A DNA stretch of 64,000 nucleotides from Mustelus asterias (taxonomy: Eukaryota). Below the pieces are notes generated by a model. It searched no databases. It was given only the letters and a program-made list of their open reading frames with translations, and was not told where the DNA came from. Position 1 is the first letter of the stretch. Each line of letters starts with the position of its first letter. Location of the stretch: the NCBI RefSeq assembly GCF_964213995.1, contig NC_135827.1:17794001-17858000 (forward strand). The letters are read 5' to 3'. Positions 36,114-49,709 of the stretch are shown here, piece after piece. The translations under genes and the position numbers were made by a program.

Positions 36114-36474
36114 AATTTATTGAATAAATAATATAGTTCATGGTGTATATGTATAATTTATTGAATAAATAATAGTTTATGTTGTGTATATATAATTTAT
36201 TGAATAAAGAATGTAGTTTATGGAGTGATATGTACAATTTATTGAATAAAAATATAGTTTATGGTTTATATGTGTAATTTATTGAATAAAGAATATAGTT
36301 TATGGAGTATATATGTACAATTTATTGAATAAAAATATAGTTTATGGTTTATATATATAATTTATTGAATAAAGAATATAGTTTATGGTGTATATATATA
36401 ATTTATTGAATAAAAATATAGTTTATGGTTTATATGTATAATTTACTGAATTAAGATTACAGTTTATGGTTTCG

Positions 36475-36816
36475 TAGAAATATCATAGAAATCCTACAGT
36501 ACAGAAAGAGGCCATTCGGCCCATCGAGTCTACACCGACCACAATCCCACACAGGCCCTACCCCCATATCCCTACATATTTACCCACTAATCCCTCTAAC
36601 CTACGCATCTCAGGACACTGAGGGCAATTTTTAGCACGGCCAATCAACCTAACCCGCACATCTTTGGACTGTGGGAGGAAACCGGAGCACCCGGAGGAAA
36701 CCCACGCAGACACGAGGAGAATGTGCAAACTCCACACAGACAGTGACCCAAGCCGGGAATCGAACCCGGGTCCCTGGAGCTGTGAAGCAGCAGTGCTAAC
36801 CACTGTGCTACCGTGT
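36475..36816 (-). mobile_element. Young HE1 SINE
   Basis: Full length, near-identical to 46577-46912. Confidence 0.9.
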
Positions 36817-37079
36817 CGTTTATATGTATAATTTATTGAATAAATAATATAGTTTATGGAGTGTATATGTACAATTTATTGAATAAAAATATAGTTTATG
36901 GTTTATATGTATAATTTATTGAATAAAGATTACAGTTGATAGTACATATTTTGTACAGTTGGACATTAATAATAAACATAAAGCAACATTCTGTGTGAAA
37001 ACTGTTGACAATTGATGAGAAGTGAGCTTTTATTGCTGAACTTGCACAATCTCTGCTGCAGCACCAGCACCACTTTGGG

Positions 37080-37480
37080 GAGGAGGGGCGGCTGAGGGCA
37101 GGCGTTTTGCGACAGTGCGCTGTAGGCGGGGCCGGCTTTGCGACAGCGTGGCAGTGCGCGAGGGGGCTTCTTGCCACGCTGCCGTCGGGCGGATTGGCAG
37201 CGGTGGCCATGCTGCGCCTGCGCGCGCCCGGCGCGGGACTTAAAGCTGTGGCGGCGGTTGGATTGTGTCCTGTTCTGTGCAGCCGCTCCCGGAGCTTCGC
37301 TCACTGCCTCGGCCGCCACCAGCACCGCCCTCATTACCCCCAGCAGCGGCGCAGCGAGAAGCCGCCGGCTCCCCTCCCCATCCCCACCCGCTCCGGCTCG
37401 GCCTCGCCGCTTCTAATCCGTTATCTCGCCACCATGGCAGCCCAGAGCATGGCCAAGAGGATGGTCTGGGTGGATCTGGA
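37080..37480 (+). promoter_or_regulatory. REXO2 CpG island / promoter
   Basis: High CpG density; GC boxes (~37086, ~37125), reverse CCAAT (37193-37197), NRF1-like TGCGCCTGCGCG (37213-37224). Confidence 0.7.
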
Positions 37481-37481
37481 G
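37209..37481 (+). CDS. REXO2: REXO2 coding exon 1 (second in-frame ATG at 37434)
   Basis: ..[16 protein letters not shown]/gtaact; GCCACCATGG at 37434; use of ATG 37209 is inferred. Confidence 0.85.
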
Positions 37482-40400
37482 GTAACTTTCCTCCCCTCCC
37501 CCCCCTCTCTCCCTCCAGCCAGCTGGAACTTTATAATGCTCAATGAACGGAGCCTGCAGAGCGATTTAAAAATACTGGATTTTGCATTGAAGCAGCATTT
37601 GCAAATTTTATTGCTGATCTTTCCCTGATTTGCAAATTTTATTGCTGATCTTTCCCTGATTTGCAAATTTTATTGCTGATTTTTGTTTTTCCCCCTCTGA
37701 ATTGCAGATTTTATAACTGGTTTTTCACCTCACCGAATTGTAATCAACACTGCCTAACTCTCAATTTTGCTTTCCCCTTTTATAGTTGTGCTACTTGCCT
37801 CCATTGAGGTTTCGTTATTATTTGCGTTTTAACCCCCACTTAAAATGACCCTAATGCAATAATTTCCTTCAGGGTGCAGACACTTGCAGCTAGGGATAAT
37901 TCTGGTCTGTGTGTGTGTCAAAGATGTTTTATCTCCAGCAATGTATGATGATCAATTCAACAAAATTTACTTAGTCCATGGTTTTTTTTGGTTGAAAGTG
38001 GGGAATTTTTTTTAATGTGCCCAGTGGTAGTTTGTGCAGCAAGTGGAATGTGCCAAAGAGATGATGCAATTTATTTTCCCTTGTGATATTTTTTTTTCTC
38101 TCTCCCTATTGTGAACTACAAACCCTACAGTACTGAAAGAGGCCATTCGGCCCATTGAGTCTGCACCGACCACAATCCCACCCAGGCCCTACCCCCATAT
38201 CGCTACATATTTTACCCACTAATCCCTCTAACCTACACATCTCAGGACACTAAGGGGCAATTTAAGCATAGCCAATCAACCTAACCCGCACATCTTTGGA
38301 ATGTGGGAGGAAACCGGAGCACCTGGAGGAAACCCATGCAGACACAAGGAGAATGTGCAAACTCCACACAGACAGTGACCTAAGCCAGGAATCGAACCCA
38401 GGCCCCTGGAGCTGTGAAGCAGCAGTGCTAACCTCTGTGCTACCGTGCTGTTGAGAAAGTGCTTGCTGGAGATTTGTGCACTTTAGCAGAATGGGGAAAC
38501 TGAAGCAAGCAAACCTGTTTGTTTCTTAGTCAAGATGGTGTACAGGCTTTGGGGGAAATGAGGTGTCGCTAGCTAGAAAACTAAAATTGATCAAACAGGA
38601 TAAAATTGTTGGGATTAGGTTTACCTCTGTCTTCCAGAGGTTATGTTGGATATGATAAGTTTTTCATTTTGTGGATCCCAAACCCATGCCCCAGCGTCTT
38701 GTGGTTTTTCTTACTGTTTCTTTAGGCTGTCCCTTGTGATCAAGGATGACTTGTTTCTATCCTGGTTTGATGGCTTCCAAGAAGGGGTGGCACAGTGGTT
38801 AGCACTGCTGCCTCTCAGCGCCAGGGTCCCAGCTTGGGTCACTGTGGAATTTGCACATTCTCTCTGTAGCTGCATGGGTTTCCTCCAGGTGCTTCGGTTC
38901 CCTCCCACTGTCCAAAGATGTATGGGTTAGGTTGATTGTCCATGCTATATTGACCCCAGTTCTGGGGGGATTAGCAGAGTAAATATGTGGGGTTACTGGC
39001 ATAGGGTGGGATTGTTGTTGGTGCAGGCTTGATGGGCTAACCAGTCCAAAAGTGAGAATCTGCAGGCTCCCCCACAAGTGAGACAGGTGGTACTCGTAGG
39101 GTTGGGGAAATGGGTTGTTTGTGTTCTTTCCAACCTTAACTTTGCCTTTGCAGGTTCCTCGTGAAATCTGTTTGGGGCCTTAATGGAATAAGTGAGTTTC
39201 GGTTGGTCACAAGCCAGGGTCTGATTTCATTTGAACTGATTTCTGTTCTGAGAGTCAAGTAAAGCAATTGACTCCACCAGGAGCAATTGATCATAGACTT
39301 AGTGACCGATGAGAAGAGGGTAATTGAAGAATTTTAAAATGTTGAGTTAGCTGAATAAAGATCACTTGGGTTTTTGTAGATAGAGACAGTTTAAGCTTCT
39401 GTTCTGTGCAGACACTTGCAACTTGTATATTGCCCCTTATGTAGAGGTGTAGGAGCAGAGAACTAGAGTATTGTTCTGTCTACAATGTGGGGCTTGAGGT
39501 TTTCCAAGAGGCTACCATTCAACAGGGATGTGTGACATGCTGTACTGGGCCTTCTATTTTATGGAATTGTCAGAAGGAAGAAAGATCTTGTGGTCTAACA
39601 TGTTCCCTTTTTTTCTTAAATAGATGACTGGATTGGACATAGAAAAAGATAAAATCATAGAAATGGCTTGCATTATAACCGATTCCAATTTGAATATTTT
39701 AGCTGAGGTAAGATGCCTATCCCTATTACTATCCCTGGAAAAGAGGGTCTTTTGAATGTCTTTTGGATGTGACTTAAATTCCAAAATAAAGTGCCCATGT
39801 CACTGCCATTGCTCTTTTTGTTATCAGGGTCCACATTTGATTGTTAACCAACCAAATGAACTACTGGATGGCATGTCAGAGTGGTGTACAGAACATCACG
39901 GAAAGGTATGTGCCTGCTGACTGTTACCTCCTACATAGCTAAAAATTTACATGCTTGTGCCTGAAATGTCAATCCTGCGTGCTCCCTTCGAAAGAACAAT
40001 ATGCTAATAAATTTGCTTAGAACAGTTCATATGACATGTCCTATTGCTCTGGTTCAGGACGTGATGTGCCTGTATATTGACAGTAGTCTCCGTCCTTTAA
40101 AGATTGTGAAAAACTTTCGCAACATTTCAATTTTGTTTCTGGAGCACCTTCCCTAGTTTGAATAGATTCTTGTGAAGTCACCTTGGAGAATTACTTTCTG
40201 TAATCTCTACTATGTGAGGAACTAATGTTAATCGTTTTAATTTTCTGTATTCCAATATTTTTTTAAGTGAGGCTGAGCTTGTGGAAAAACAAGATATTTG
40301 GCTTTTTTTGTAGAAATTCCTTGTGGGATTAGATGGGGGGAGGGAAGTTAATGCATTGTTGTTTGCTGTAGATGTATCAGTCTGTTTGCACTTCATATCA

Positions 40401-43400
40401 AATGTTCCATTACAATTTGTTTACATATAATGAAAATGGCCTATGTAAACTTGCCACATTGGCATGGTTGCAGTCCACAGTGAAGGAACAAGAGACGCTA
40501 TTTGCTACATTGACAGCTGTCCAAAATATTGTTGTAGACCAGGCTTGTCTAAACTTCTTGCATGAAGGACCCCATATTTCAATTTTTTTTTTTGCTAATT
40601 CAAGGGGCTGATGAGTAAATTTTGGAGAGAATTTTAGCACAACATTAAACACGAATTCCAAAAAATAGTTGAGGTATGAAGGGAAGAAAAGCAATAAATT
40701 GATTACTTTTTCTTCAGTACATTAAAGTATAAAAGGGTCCTGGCTCACTCCCAGTCTCGGAGTTCACTCCCCCCCCCCCCCCCCTCACCGTGTGAGATGT
40801 GAGTGAGAATCCTGTGACTTGGAATGAGCCATTCATTTGCTCACGATCACCAGGCCTGGATGGTTTGGTGACTCGGACACTAAGAGGTCAGGTTGCAATT
40901 GTCTTTGGGTTCCCCTGCTGTCTGCCAGAAAAACCTCTCCCCAGCAGACTCTCCACTAGTGCTGGTGGTCAGGCTTTGGCATGGATGAAGTACACTTTTT
41001 GCTGTTTCTCTGCCATTGATAAGCTCAGTGAGGGGAAAGAAGGAGACTCACAGCCTGTGGTTGGAGGAGCAACTCCTTGCAGAATCATCCATTCCATTTA
41101 CCCATCTTAGCTGCATTTCTGGCTCCACCGGTCAGGATGGAGAGGCACAGCGAACCACATCTGGCCGGAGGGTTGGACAATTCAACTTTAAACATTAAAC
41201 TTGTAGTCACAGCTGTCTGTTCCAACGCAGCATGCTTTACAGGGCAAGGATGAACAGGAAGCAGGAAATACAAATTAGTTAAATAATGTAGAGAAGGCAA
41301 ATTAAAGATTAGGAAATAACGGAGAGAGATTTGAGACAAACCAGTTTTTTATATTTTAAGTCTGCAACATGAATTGAGGATATGAGACTTCACACTTATT
41401 ATTTTCAGGGCCAGAGAAATAGATCAGTAATTAACACTTATTGCTCCATTTTTAAAACCTGCTCCTAAGTGGAGTAGCCCTCAATTTTTCAACTGTGCTC
41501 AGCAGATTGAGTGGGTGTGTAAGTTTTTGCCGTTATGACCTTTAGTGCTATGTATATCAGGGAGGTCTGCAACTGCGCACCCTGCGGAGGACCCGTGCAC
41601 CTCTGACAGCAACTTTTGGATTTCCATGCTTAATTGTGCCAGAAGTCGCTGTCAGATTGTCCCTGTAATCGTGGCAAGTGCCAATGGGCTTCTATTAACG
41701 CTACAGCCAACAGTGATGAAACTACATTATCACTGGTAGGAGCATATAATTACAAGAGGGTAGGTTTATGTACAGTTTCCGTTTTAAATTAAGGCAGTGT
41801 TTATAATTGGGTTGAAGTAAGGACAGAATGTATGAATTTCAAATAGCTCAATTATTGTGAATTGTACAATTGCATTCTGTGGCCCAGTGTCCTGGCCTTC
41901 TAACATCACATTGTCTGAAAACCCTGTCTGCACTTCACCCTTCATGTGATTTGATCAGGTCTTTATAAAATTCTTTAGAGTGTGGGAAGTAAAAATAAAG
42001 GGAATGTCAGTTCATGGATAAAGTGTTCAATTTTAAGGCATAAACCCGATGTTTCATGCTGATGAAATATATTGAAAAGAGACCATGTTTATGGATTTAT
42101 TTTTGTATCTAAATAACTGTTAATATTTTTTCCCTTTTCTTGCAGTCAGGACTAACGCAGGCAGTGCGGGATAGTAAGATCGGCCTACAGCAAGCAGAAT
42201 ATGAGTTTCTCTCCTTTATACGCCAACATACCCCACCAGGCCTCTGTCCTCTTGCAGGTATGTCAGATTAAGGTGTTATACAATTTTACATGGGTTTTTT
42301 ATGGTGCTGATAATGCTTGTATTTAAGGTACAGTAGCTTCATGATCATAGCAAGTCGTCACACCTTTGGGGAAACAAAGGATCACTAATGAGAATTGTCC
42401 AAAAAAAAATCAAACTCAAATTTCTAGAGTAAGAAGGGTTAATTTATTTACTCTTTCATTGGATGCAGACATAGCTGTCTAGGCCAGCATTTTATTACTC
42501 ATTACTTTTTGAGGCAGTGGTGGTGGTGCCTTGAATTGCTGAAGTTAATATGGTGTAGGTGCACACAACTGCTGTTAGAAAGGGATCAAAAGAATCAAGT
42601 TATGGAAGTTTGTTTTTCTGGCAGCCTACAGGCCTGCTCTCAATATTTTTTTGGATCACTTAGTCATTATAAAATTTGATTCATCCAAGTGGAATTACAG
42701 GATATGCAGGCACTTAAAACGTACCATTGTACAAGTTGCTGTCCTCCAGGTGAAGAGAGCAGAAAATTCGAAAGGGGAAACTAATGCAGCAGGAGATTCA
42801 CGCTCTGAACCCTTTAATTTCTAGGAAATTCAGTCCACGCTGACAAAAAGTTTCTAGATAAGTATATGCCACAGTTCATGAAGCACCTGCATTACAGAAT
42901 AATTGATGTCAGCACCATTAAAGAATTATGCAGGTAAGAAGTTTGCTGTTTTTGCTTTTTTTAAAAACTGGACAGCAATGATATTAAAATACAATATGAA
43001 AATGTGAGTATCTCTCGCAACTTAAGAGCACTGCACCTTTTTTTAAGTTGCTGTGCTGCTGATTTTCATTGGAGCCCGCTAGATTATCACTGCATAAGAG
43101 TATGGCTCAATTGCAGGATATATGTCCTTCGAGGCTACTGTTGTAGTAGACATAATGCATATGGCAAGATGTCTTATTGACAGCCACATTAACCCAGGAA
43201 AATACAATCCATAGTGAGTGTAGGCTTGCTATTTGATTTACACCCATTACCCTTCAGGCCCTCCAACCTTGTCTGCCATTCGATTCAAACTTTTCCAATG
43301 CATGCAAAAAACTCCCTTTATTTTTTCTCTTTGGTAGCATCAAAATGGAATTTGAAGGATTGCTTCAAGAGTAAAGTGATTCTTCAAGGTTTTAATTCAC

Positions 43401-44742
43401 CTGCTCACAATTGTTGTGACAGCAATAGTTCTATTCATTTTTCTATACAAGCAATAAAATTTTATTATTCTCCTTGGAGTTTATACTGCTTTCAGATTCA
43501 AATCTCCATCAAGATTTGCTATTGTTGTTTTCAGACGTTGGTATCCAGATGAATATGAAGATGCACCAAAGAAGAAAGCGTCACATCGGTGAGTAATGCT
43601 TGCCATTGCTAATTATTTGGAGAAACAATAGAATTAGTGAGTTGGCTTGTTTAAAATTTTGCCTCTAGCCATGAAACTTCAGTTTAAATATAGTTCACCA
43701 AAAAGTGGACTTGCTTGAAAATTAGATAATGCCAGCTCTGACCCTCATTTTGCCTCTGACAGCTGTGTGGGGCAGGGAGGTGAAGAAGAACTCAGTCACT
43801 GGAAACAGCAGAGTAGTAAGTGTAACAAACCAAGATAGTATTTATCCATATTTCTGTCTTGTGAAATTCCACATAATTGCCTCTAGGTGGCTGCATTTTT
43901 TACAGTCCTATTCTGGAGGTCCAACAAGTTGACGCATGAAAAGATCTTGGTAGTATAGATAGAGTGAACAGTGGGAAGCTTTTTCCCAGGTCGGAGGTGA
44001 CGAACACAAGGGGTCACAGGTTCAAGGTGAAGGGGGCAAGGTTCAACACAGATGTCAGGGGGACGTATTTTACACAGGGTGGTGGGGGGCTGGAATGCAC
44101 TCCCAAGCAAGGTGATTGAGGCGGACATGCTGGGATCATTTAAGACTTATCTAGATAGCCACAGGAACAGACTGGGAATAGAGGGATACAAACGAATGGT
44201 CTAGTTGGGCACATGAGCGGCGCAGGCTTGGAGGGCTGAAGGGCCTGTTCTTGTGCTGTTTTGTTCTTTGTATTATAAAGGTCTAAAGTGCTGAAATACC
44301 TGCTTGATGTAAATGAAAGCAGACTAACTTGGAATTAGTGCAGAAGTGGTGCACATCAGCACAAAACGTTTTCAAGCAAATAAAGACATGAAGCTTGGTT
44401 TTGATGCCCTCTGCTTGAATGGCCTAAAGCAGTGATTGTAGACCAGTTTTTATAGTTAACATATAGCCATCTTGTACAATTGTGCTGATGTTAGAACCCT
44501 TTGCCACCTGAGAGATCAGCTAGCCAAGTCCATTATTTTGCAGGGTTTTAGTAATTTGACTACATGAACTAATTCTAGTTTTGAAGTATTATCTCTTGCT
44601 TTTCAGAGCATTAGATGACATCTGTGAGAGCATCAAAGAGCTCCAGTTTTACAGGACACATATATTTAAAGAAACCAAAGCAGATGAAAAGAAGAGAAAG
44701 ACTCACCTAGAAAATGGCGACGATAGCAAGCAAGAGAGCTAG
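37209..44742 (+). CDS. REXO2: Oligoribonuclease REXO2 (DEDDh exonuclease); join(37209-37481, 39624-39707, 39828-39905, 42146-42257, 42825-42933, 43535-43588, 44607-44742), 281 aa (206 aa from ATG 37434)
   Basis: [44 protein letters not shown]; internal exons 84/78/112/109/54 nt, all GT-AG and in phase. Confidence 0.95.
37597..37680. repeat. 31-bp tandem repeat, ~2.7 copies, REXO2 intron 1
   Basis: atttgcaaattttattgctgatctttccctg; gcaaa at 37601, 37632, 37663. Confidence 0.9.
38117..38449 (-). mobile_element. HE1 SINE (REXO2 intron 1)
   Basis: Full length. Confidence 0.9.
38784..39040 (+). mobile_element. HE1 SINE (REXO2 intron 1)
   Basis: ggggtggcacagtggttagcac head, V-domain. Confidence 0.8.
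39624..39707 (+). CDS. REXO2: REXO2 exon 2
   Basis: [28 protein letters not shown]; tag/gtaag. Confidence 0.95.
39828..39905 (+). CDS. REXO2: REXO2 exon 3
   Basis: [26 protein letters not shown]; cag/gtatg. Confidence 0.95.
42146..42257 (+). CDS. REXO2: REXO2 exon 4
   Basis: [37 protein letters not shown]; cag/gtatg. Confidence 0.95.
42825..42933 (+). CDS. REXO2: REXO2 exon 5
   Basis: (G)[35 protein letters not shown](R); tag/gtaag. Confidence 0.95.
43535..43588 (+). CDS. REXO2: REXO2 exon 6
   Basis: [17 protein letters not shown](R); cag/gtgag. Confidence 0.95.
43950..44270 (+). mobile_element. CR1 LINE 3' end (REXO2 intron 6)
   Basis: ..[24 protein letters not shown].. and gggcctgttcttgtgctgttttgttctttgt tail. 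Confidence 0.85.
44607..44742 (+). CDS. REXO2: REXO2 exon 7 (terminal)
   Basis: [47 protein letters not shown]. Confidence 0.95.
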
Positions 44743-45363
44743 AGTCAAGGGACTGACTAATGGCACCCAGGAAACTCTCCCAACAAACTTGATGTCTGTT
44801 TATGGTTTTTGCCCTCCAATCAAGTTTGGCCACATGAAAACAAGCTCTTGTGCGATGTGTAACATGTTAAAAGCAGAGTGTCTAAATTTATTTCTGTAGC
44901 ATTTGGCCTTTTTAGTTACAAGCTTTGCTGATTGATAGAGGCTAGTTGAGGCTTGATTTTGATCTAATTTGAGCCTTTGACCTATGAATTAGCACAACAG
45001 CATTAATTTCGAGCACAGCTGCTTTTAATTTAGTAATTCCATTTAAATACTGCATAATAAATGACATATTTCTGCTTTTTCTAATTTCCATATCTTTCTG
45101 GGAAAGTGCTTAGTTAAGCTCTGTACTGTAAGTAATTGTTATATTACTGCATATGGTGACTTTCTGGTTTTGTTGCTGATCCCAAACTGTTTAATGAATT
45201 ATCTTGCCAGAAACTGGTTTAATTTTTTAATCATGTGTTGAAGTGTTTGGTGTACATAGGACCATGGAAAGGGATAAAGAGGTTCTGATTGTCACTGTAC
45301 AAGTCCCCACCCTTAGTAAACCGTTTTACTCAGCCTCAAAGTTTTGTTAGCACTGTGCCATGA

Positions 45364-45450
45364 AATAAAAAAAATGAACATTGAAAACGAACTTATTTTT
45401 ATTGAAAATAAACTGTGCCTGCAAAAGCAAATGGTCGTGTGTGTTTTGAC
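45364..45450 (+). terminator. REXO2 polyadenylation region
   Basis: AATAAA at 45364 and 45407 followed by a GT-rich tract (~45432-45448); earlier AATAAA at 45056. Confidence 0.55.
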
Positions 45451-46576
45451 CTTCAAAAATTAGAAAGCAAAATAAAATCCGCACCTTTCCTTTTATTGCA
45501 GCAATCTATGAAATCTGTCGAGCAGCCGAAATATGTTTTTTTTTAATGGTTCTTTATAGAACAACATTTTGCCTTGTACTTTAAGGTGCTTCACAAGAGT
45601 TGAAATTTAACACCAGGAGATATTGGGACAAGTGCTCCAAAGCTTGGTCTAAGAAAAAGATCGCCTAATTATTGATTTAAGCAAAGGGGCGAAAGGCTAT
45701 CTGTGGTAAGAGAGAAAGATGGAAAGGTTCTTGATTTTAAACAAGAGGCGACGGGTTATCTGGGGTAAGGTCACAATCAAATCAGATTATTCTCAATGGT
45801 GGAGCAGACTCGAGAGGCCTACTTCAGCTCCTAATTTGTATTTCCATTAGGTTTGGGGAGAGAATTCAATATATTGGATTGGTGGGGGCAGGTCAATTGT
45901 TTACCAAAGCTGGTTTCTCAGTGATATTTGTACTTGCAACCAATTGTATGAACAATTCCTTTATGTTTTGATGACTTACAAACATTGACTGTATTCTTAG
46001 ATTCCAGGAACAACTTGAGTAAGGTGCCTCAAGTGTAATCAAACAGTTGATGCAAATTAATGATACTGGAAAAGAGTGGACTTGAGAGTTTCTAGAGAAT
46101 CAACTGCACTCATGCAGCTTTTATGAACTATAACAGCAAGTATCTGACAATTGTTATAATCCACTTGGGAACCAGTATTTTTATTTGCAGTAGACAAAAA
46201 TCCCAATTGTCCACTTGGGGAATAAAGCCATAAGATTCCACTGGTTGTAAATGAAATAAATATTTCTATGCAAAATAAAACAGTTTTCAACATTAAACTC
46301 TTAACATTCAGGACTGTCATGAGGTAAATATGAATTCCCAGGCAAATTGTCAAAAATGCCACACTGCACGTTAAAAGGCAATGTGGATTTATCAGTAGTG
46401 CAGCGGCGTGAGTGACAAGCCTTTGATAAAACTCACGAGGGCGTTTGAAGATCTAGCTGATGGAATATTTCAAGATCTACTCTGATTCTGACTGCCTCAA
46501 TGATTGAACCATCAAGAGCTGTATAATCTCTGGAGACTTCCATGGGATTCCAAAGCTACACCTTTGTCTCTAAATC

Positions 46577-46912
46577 ATCATAGAAATCATAGAAACCCTA
46601 CAGTGCAGAAGGAGGCCATTCGGCCCATCGAGTCTGCACCGACCACAATCCCACCCAGGCCCTACCCCCACATATTTTCCCGCTAATCCCTCTAACCTAC
46701 ACATCCCAGGACTCTAAGGGGCAATTTTTAACCTGGCCAATCAACCTAATCCGCACATCTTTGGACTGTGGGAGGAAACCGGAGCACCCGGAGGAAACCC
46801 ACGCAGACACGAGGAGAATGTGCAAACTCCACACAGACAGTGACCCGAGCCGGGAATCGAACCCGGGACCCTGGAGCTGTGAAGCAGCAGTGCTAACCAC
46901 TGTGCTACCGTG
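46577..46912 (-). mobile_element. Young HE1 SINE
   Basis: Full length, (catagaaat)n tail on + strand. Confidence 0.9.
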
Positions 46913-47559
46913 ATACAGGCCTATCATTCACTCTTGCTAGTTTCAATAAGCTGGGTTTGTCTGAGTTCCAGTCTTTTGGCTGCACTGAGCTATAAATGGT
47001 TCCCAGGACTTTGCTGTGCCGTCACTGTCCGGTGTCTAATAGCCCCCAGGGCTTTTCTGTCTCTCCTAGTAAGTGTGCAGATAAATTAAAACCAGAGAAC
47101 CTTAACTTTTTCCATGACGAGTTAGCCTTTCAGGATTCACTTTTTTAAATTAGTTCTAACTCAAAATAAAGCATCTCTGGAATGCTCATCTTTATAAGTG
47201 GTGTAGATAGTGTCTCTCCAGTTTAGTAAGCCCCCCCGCCCTGCTGTTGTATGGCTCTCTCCGCTCTATTCTGATTCTATTAGACAACCATTGAAAACTT
47301 CTGAACAGCCATTTTGTTTTAGTTCTGTGAATCTCTAAAGCCCAGCATTTGAGTTACCTTACCCCCTCACCGATTTTCCCAGAACCAAATATTACCTCCA
47401 AAATATTAACAAGAGCTATGAATTAAATATTCATCACAAAGCAAAGACTTATGCAAATCAACAAAAGCCCCAGTCCACAGCAAAGTCTTGACCACACTCA
47501 TGTACTGCAATGAAACCTTGACTCTGTTAGTGACATATAAGAGTGTTTGGGTAATTCCC

Positions 47560-48120
47560 ACTAATAATACCTCTGTCATATCCTCCAGGTTCAGTGGACG
47601 GACTGTCACACAAATCCCAGTATCCTTCTTGAAACAGCTCCATCCACAAGCATTAAGGTAAAATTACAAAACCAATTTCAACAAACTAAATGCCGTGTTC
47701 CGACGTCCAAAACCCATCTCCCCACACCAGATCCTATTCCCTCAGCTCTCAAAGGGTCACTGTCCCACGGGAAGACAAGGAATAACTTCAAAGACACTGA
47801 AGATCTCCTTCAAATGTGTTGCATTGACCTTAGTGACTGAGAGGAGCTTGCTACAACTTTTTCAGAATGGTAACAACTTGTCCCTCAAGTTGCAAAACTC
47901 TTGAGTCCCAAAGTCTTAAAAATGAGGCGGGGTGCAGCAGAGAAGGGGAAAAAAAGCAAACCTTGCACTTCGTATCCACTACCTTGTAGGACATCATGCA
48001 CCATGTACCCAAAGATCTGTGGCTCAAGAGTTGGCCTGTTCAGTCACATGGGAACCCATGGAAGAAACTCAATCCTGAGTAGACATCATCTTGGAATTGA
48101 GGAACGACAGATGATGACAA
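47560..48120 (+). mobile_element. Degenerate RTE-clade LINE 3' end
   Basis: ..CTMYPKICGSRVGLFSHMGTH resembles the RTE terminal Zn-knuckle (C..C.R.C.SRIGL.SH.R.H); LPHQILF and FKDTL-like motifs upstream. Confidence 0.6.
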
Positions 48121-48405
48121 AATGCTACAAGGTTTAGAGAGGGGTTTTCACAGCTGAACTTTGGCCCCATGTGCAACTATGTTGAAATACAAACAAGCTA
48201 GTCTGGCATAAGGTCCTTCACAGGAGTGTTGAAAAATAAAATCTGGCACCAAGCCACATAAGCTATTTGAACAGATGGCCAGGAGTGGTTTGTAAAGAGT
48301 GTCTTAAAGAAGGCTGGAGGGTTCTAAGTAAGGATTTTCAGAACATGGGGCATTGGCAGTTGAAAAGATGGCTATCAATGGTGGAGGAATTAAAATTGGG
48401 GGTGC

Positions 48406-49708
48406 TTTGATTTGATTTGATTTATTATTGTCACATGTATTAACATAGTGAAAAATATTGTTTCTTGCGCGCTATACAGACAAAACATATCGTTCTTAGA
48501 GAAAGAAAGGAGAGAGTGCAGAACGTAGTGTTACAGTCATAGCTAGGGTGTAGAGAAAGATCAACTTAATGCAAGGTAAGTCCATTCAAATGTCTGACAG
48601 CAGCAGGGAAGAAACTGTTCTTGAGTCGGTTGGTATGTGACCTCACACTTTTGTATCTTTTTCCCAAAGGAAGAAGGTGGAAGAGAGAATGTCCGGGGAG
48701 CGTGGGGTCCTTAATTATGCTGGCTGCTCTGCCGAGACAGCGGGAAGTGTAAACAGAGTCAATGGATGGGAGGCTGGTTTGCGTGATGGATTGGGCTACA
48801 TTCATGACCTTTTGCAGTGCCTTGCGATCTTGGGCAGAACAGGACCCATACCAAGCTGTGATACAACCAGAAAGAATGCTTTCTATGGTGCATCTGTAAA
48901 AGTTGGTGAGAGCCGTAGCTGACATGCCAAATTTCCTTAGTCTTCTGAGAAAGTAGAGGCATTGGTGGGCTTTCTTAACTATAGTGTCAGCATGGGAGGA
49001 CCAGGACAGGTTATTGGTGATCTGGACACCTAAAAACTTGAAGTTCTCGACCCTTTCTACTTTGTCCCCATTGATGTATTTAGGAGCATGTTCTCCTTTA
49101 CGCTTCCTGAAGTCGATGACAATCTCCTTCATTTTGTTGACATTGAGAGATTATTGTTGCCGCACCAGTTCACCAGATTCTCTATCTCATACCTGTACTC
49201 TGTCTCGTCATTGTTTGAGATCTGACCCACTACGGTAGTGTCGTCAGCAGACTTGAAAACCGAATTGGAGGGGAATTTGACCGCACAGTCATAGGTGTAT
49301 AAGAAGTATAGAAGGAGAATGAGAACACATCCTTTGTGGGGCACCGGTGTTGAGGATGATCGTGGAGGAGGTATTGTTGCCTATCCTTACTGATTGTGGT
49401 CTGTGAGTTAGGAAGTTCAGGATCCAGTTGCAGAGGGAGGTGCCAAGGCCCAGGCCACAGAGTTTGGAGATGAGTTTTGTGGGAATAATAGTGTTGAAGG
49501 CTGAACTGTAGTCAATAAATAGGAGTCTGACATCGGTGTCCTTGTTGTCCAGGTGTTCCAGGGGTGAGTGCAGGGCCAGGGAAATGGCATCTGCTGTGGA
49601 CCTGTTGCGGCGGTGGACAAACTCTAGTGGATCCAGGTAGTCCGGGAGGCTGGAATTGATTCGTACCCTGACTAGCCTTTCGAAGTACTTCATAATGATG
49701 GATGTCAG
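48406..49708 (-). mobile_element. Rex1/Babar LINE, 5'-truncated 1.3 kb with RT domain
   Basis: [49 protein letters not shown]; frameshifts; (tcaaa)n tail. Confidence 0.92.
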
Positions 49709-49709
49709 A

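Larger units (their letters stand above)
34880..36960. repeat. AT-rich ~40-bp minisatellite with embedded SINEs
   Basis: Unit ~tataatttattgaataaagaatatagtttatggtgtatatg, dozens of copies. Confidence 0.9.

Noticed and set aside
34880-36960. CRISPR-like repeat/spacer appearance of the AT-rich array
   Set aside because: Eukaryotic context; the 'spacers' are variants of one sequence, so this is a minisatellite; no cas genes
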